Source: Octopus bimaculoides (taxonomy: Eukaryota). Taken from it: a DNA stretch of 62,182 nucleotides. The stretch is taken from assembly GCF_001194135.2 (NCBI RefSeq), contig NC_068981.1:197824497-197886678 (forward strand). The letters are read 5' to 3'. A model generated the notes under the pieces. It saw nothing but the letters and a program-made list of their open reading frames with translations, searched no databases and was not told where the DNA came from. A program made the translations under genes and the position numbers. Below are positions 58,083 through 62,182 of the stretch, piece by piece. Every line of letters begins with the position of its first letter. Position 1 is the stretch's first letter.

Positions 58083-59234
58083 GCAGCATGACCTGCTAGT
58101 CGAAGATGCCCGTCAAGCCCTTGTAAACATAATAATTCTAGTGAAATTCAATGAAATTTGAACTTGTTTCTAGCATAGTTTTTTTTGTTAAACGACAGAA
58201 GATTCCAATAGAAATTACAGTGAAATGTTCCATAATAGTTTTTAAAATCCTCGTTTAGTTTAATGGGAATGGTTACTGTTCTGGTGTCAATAATATATGT
58301 CAGTATTCCAATATTTATAATTTATTAGTAATAATCAGATGACTTCAACTGATATTAATTATGAGGCAAATGATAATTAAATTTATTTATGATGAGATTC
58401 ATGCAACGAAACAGAGAAATAGAAAGGCAAGTCTACTAATTAACGTCCTTCAATAATTAAGTCTATCAGAATGGCTCCTCTCATTAGCAATGGCATTAAT
58501 TAAACAATGTTCTGAATTTGAGTAAAAGACATTCAGAACACGCCTCTGATACTAATTTCACCGAAAACGTGACGACCGTTCCACTACAAGACTTGATGTC
58601 TCTTTGACAGACACTGTACAGAAACTTTAAACGAAATTGCCGGTATTTTGGCTGGCAAAGATAAGTCGCTACATGGTATCATTTACGCGAACGTAACAGA
58701 CATTTATGGGAAATGTCACATATTTGTGTTTTTAGAACTATGTTCAACCACTCAAATATGTTCCTTTTGCAGGAAATCTTTTTACAGATCTCCTGTTATA
58801 AGCCCAAAGTCTTGCATAAAACCCTGTCGGCTGGTCTAACGGTAGCGCATTCTCTCCCTCCCGACACTCTATTACCACATGTTACGTAAATAAGGTATTC
58901 ACCGCTATTGGTCAAGTCTACAGCGTGCACCCCTTTCTCCCAGTCTTGCAATGGGCAGCACACCCCATCTTATTCTACATCTTCCAGCAACGGTACTCTT
59001 TCCACAAGCTGGAAAAGGCAGTCCAAAAGTTATCACTTACGAACACGAAGTCTATATTATGTTGTATCTCGGGTGAGCCATATAGTTTCCTGCTTATGTA
59101 TGTAATGTATGGCCATGTATATCACTGAATAAATCTGTTGCAGGGTAAAATCTGGAATATCTCACACTGAATTTTGTGACAAATCATTACACCGTCCATG
59201 AGACCTCTCGACCTCCTGACCATTCACCTATGTC

Positions 59235-59401
59235 CAGGGCCGGCTCAAAGTACCGGCAACTCGAGCAGTCGCCCAGGGCGCCATGTGCTTTTTAGTCTAC
59301 ATTTTTCGTTTTCCTCTTTGTGAAAGTTTAAAACAATCATAGTTGTAAGGATGCCGAACTTCAACTTGCCCGAGGCGCCAGCAACCGTAGGGCCGGCCCT
59401 G
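59235..59401. mobile_element. hAT-family MITE (167 bp)
   Basis: TIR CAGGGCCGGC/GCCGGCCCTG; 8-bp TSD CCTATGTC (59227-34) / CCCATGTC (59402-09). Confidence 0.9.
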
Positions 59402-59734
59402 CCCATGTCCTCTTTCCACGTGATACGTTTGCTATTGAATTCATCCGGCCCTGATTATGATAACAGTTAATAAATAATATTTATTAACTAATATTATATA
59501 TATTGTAATTAAAAAAAAAAAGGTATATAATTCTGCGATAACTTACAAACAAATTTTGACTGAAACGACCACAAGTTCCCTATTGTCAGAGAAATTATGT
59601 TTTATGTTTAATCATTGTTCTCATCCCTGAAAATTTTAATTTGTTTACATGCTAGCACGTTCAAATACTCGTGACACAATTTTGTTCAAAATTGATTCAA
59701 CGAACACTTAATTCGCCGAGAACAAATTCTATGA

Positions 59735-59802
59735 ATTCCGCAAAGAATCATTCCGCAAAGAATCATTCCGCAAAGAATCATTCCGCTAAGAGTTAATTCC
59801 GC
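59735..59802. repeat. 15-bp tandem repeat ATTCCGCAAAGAATC, ~5 units
   Basis: ATTCCGC at 59735, 59750, 59765, 59780, 59796. Confidence 0.9.
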
Positions 59803-60288
59803 GAAAACGACTAATTTATGTGCGTATGTTTTAATGAAGTATTTTTCCCATTGGCCACTCGTTCGTTTCTTTTTTTTCCATGAACCCCTATTGTTCACTG
59901 CTCTCATTGCATGTTTTTCGCTATAATTTTTTCTCATAACGTTTATAGATTTTTCACAGGTCAATCAATCTATGCCCTAGTCTATATTTTTGTTTTAAAA
60001 CAACAATAATAATAATGTTCATACATACATGCCTACATGCCTACACCCAGTTACACACACGCACCCCAAATATTGATTCTCTTTTCCCATTGACTTGTTT
60101 CCCATGTCTGTGTCTACTCAGCTCTTTTCTTGACTCAACGCAGGCCGGGGGTAGTTGATCATGCCCTCTCTGAACCCTTGCTTTCAGACTCAACTAAACT
60201 CTGTTAATTAATATGAACCTTTAAAACGATGTTTTATGGGGTGTCCATTTACCTCTGCCATGTGTGTGTGTGTGTGTGTGTGTGTAGT

Positions 60289-60610
60289 GAAGGCGCGTGG
60301 CTTAGTGGTTAGGGCATTCGGCTCACGATCCTAAGGTCGTGAGTTCAATTCCCGGCGACGCGTTGTGTCCTTGAGCAAGACACTTTATTTCACGTAGCTC
60401 CAGTCCACTCAGCTGGCAAAATTGAGTAGTACCTGTAATTCAAAGGGGCCAGCCTTCTCACACTCTGTGTCACGCTGAATCTCCCTGAGAACTACGATAA
60501 GGGTACACGTGTCTGTGGAGTACTCAGTCACTTGCACGTTAATTTCACGAGCAGGCTGTTCCGTTGATCGTATCAGCTGGGACCCTCCTCGTCGTAACCG
60601 ACGGAGTATC

Positions 60611-60612
<2 letters not shown>
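60289..60612 (+). mobile_element. tRNA-derived SINE family A, full length
   Basis: A-box TGGCTTAGTGG (60298), B-box GAGTTCAATTCCC (60341), body and tail shared with 21185 and 46478; between (GT)n and (TA)n. Confidence 0.95.
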
Positions 60613-60660
<48 letters not shown>

Positions 60661-61096
60661 CAACGTATTTTCAGCCCCCCCCCCAATATATATTGGGTAA
60701 TTTTTATAGATGGACAACTTAGATGGACGTCTTGTTCGATCACCGAATTGTTAAATCTTCTCATATAGGTGCTTGGAGCACAAAAGCCCACACATGGGCC
60801 GTTGTAAACGCCGTGACGAGCGCCAGAATTCCCTTATCAATGATTTCATTCTACTAGAAATCGTCTGGCTCCTATAATATATAGAATATCAGTATATATA
60901 CACTGATATTGCAAGTAGCCAGAAGGTTAATTAAAAATTAATTATTAACGACAGAAGCAGTATTAATACTGAAGGATAATCTGTATATCCAACTTAACAT
61001 GCATGTGTTCTTAGAACCCTGAACACAGCGTTGTTAGCCTTGAGAGATCTTCTCATAGAGAAGCTTGATGCATAAAAGCACACACATAGATCGTGT

Positions 61097-61322
61097 GAGC
61101 TGGCAGAAACGTTAGCACGCCGGGCGAAAGGCTTGGCGGTATTTCGTCTGCCGCTACATTCTGAGTTCAAATTCCGCCGAGGTCGACTTTGCCTTTCGTC
61201 CTTTCGGGGTCGATAAATTAAGTACCAGTTACGCACTGGGGTCGTTGTAATCGACTTAATCCCTTTGTCTGTCCTTGTTTGTCCCCTCTGTGTGTAGCCC
61301 CTTGTGGACAGTAAAGAAATAA
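61097..61322 (+). mobile_element. tRNA-derived SINE family D, full length
   Basis: gagctggcagaaacgttagcacgccgggcgaaa..GAGTTCAAATTCC..tagccccttgtggacagtaaagaaataa; at least 12 relatives in the window. Confidence 0.95.
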
Positions 61323-61754
61323 CACTTAGATCGTAGTAGACGAGAATCGTCTGTCAAGGGGACCGTGGTTCCCATATTACGTGATTTTATTCTACCCGAA
61401 ATCATCAGTGGCAAGGGTCCTGTCACCGCAGGCCGGTCAAATCTGACCGCTTGTGCCGTGGGAACAAATAAGAAAATACGGGCCAACACTGGTTGGAGCT
61501 TGACCAACAACTTCACCCACCCCCACTGTCCGAACTGACCCAAGAACCAACAGGTTCGTCATGGATCGTGATTTCCTGGCAATGAAATATTGGGGGGGGA
61601 CAATGTCTCTGTCGTTGCCCTCGTTCCTCTCCTGTCCACTTGGCGTGGCGTGTGACGGGGGGAGGGAGGGGGAGTTCTGTGTGGTTTGGTGTCCTTCAAG
61701 AGAAAGCAATGTCAAATGTAGGGACATTAACCAGTCAATTAACATATGTTAGGT

Positions 61755-61963
61755 GAGAGAGAGAGGGGAGAGAAAGGGGGGAGAGAAATGGAGAGAGAGA
61801 TAGAATTGGAGTGAGAGAGAAAGGGGGTAGAGAGAGAGAGAAATGAAGAGAGAGAGAACATTGGAGTGAGAGAGAAATGGAGAGAGAGAGAGAAATGGAG
61901 TGAGAGAAATAGAGAGAGAGAAATAGAGAGAGAGAAATGGAGTGAAAGAAATGGAGAGAGAGG

Positions 61964-62023
<60 letters not shown>

Positions 62024-62030
62024 AATGGAG
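61755..62030. repeat. GA-rich degenerate microsatellite
   Basis: Direct reading. Confidence 0.9.
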
Positions 62031-62182
62031 TGATGGCCTAATTTTGTACTCTTCAAATAGTTTGGTAACCACAACAAATAAAAAGGAGACAGAAAAAGAT
62101 TGATAAACACACACACATACACGCACGCACACATTCGTGATGTTTTGAAAGTTACACGCACATACACATTTACATAGGCACA

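Noticed and set aside
60289-60365. tRNA gene (also at 19940, 47665, 44190)
   Set aside because: A/B boxes are present but no cloverleaf with a paired acceptor stem; each continues into a shared SINE body.
61370-61405. CUGAUGA motifs at 61397 (minus), 24586 (plus) and UGAUGA..GAAAC near 58390
   Set aside because: No helix II/GAAA/NUH arrangement can be built.

Overview
AT-rich, microsatellite-dense animal genomic DNA with about 6 kb of N in 15 gaps. The repeat repertoire (tRNA-derived SINE families, RTE, R4/Dong-like, Penelope-like elements, mariner MITEs) suggests an octopod cephalopod; this is inference. One intact protein-coding gene is supported: DHX35 (DEAH-box helicase, 696 aa, + strand), with CDS 28969-29349 joined to 32425-34134 across a single 3,075-nt GT-AG intron, an unusually intron-poor structure. 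The rest is nested transposon debris: at least four Penelope-like (PLE) relics, five R4/Dong-like RLE retrotransposon fragments, RTE, Tx1/L1 and a Ty3/Gypsy relic, several TIR MITEs, about 25 SINE copies with interchangeable heads and tails, minisatellites and microsatellites. The most notable hidden signal is six minimal type-I hammerhead ribozyme motifs (18404, 20286, 24944, 41060, 48551, 58040). All have a self-complementary helix III too short to fold alone, the dimer-cleaving PLE type. The copy at 24944 looks fully intact and the one at 20286 has a non-canonical CUGUCGA core. All family assignments come from manual translation and motif recognition; no database search or folding calculation was run, and degraded-element boundaries are approximate to a few tens of bases.
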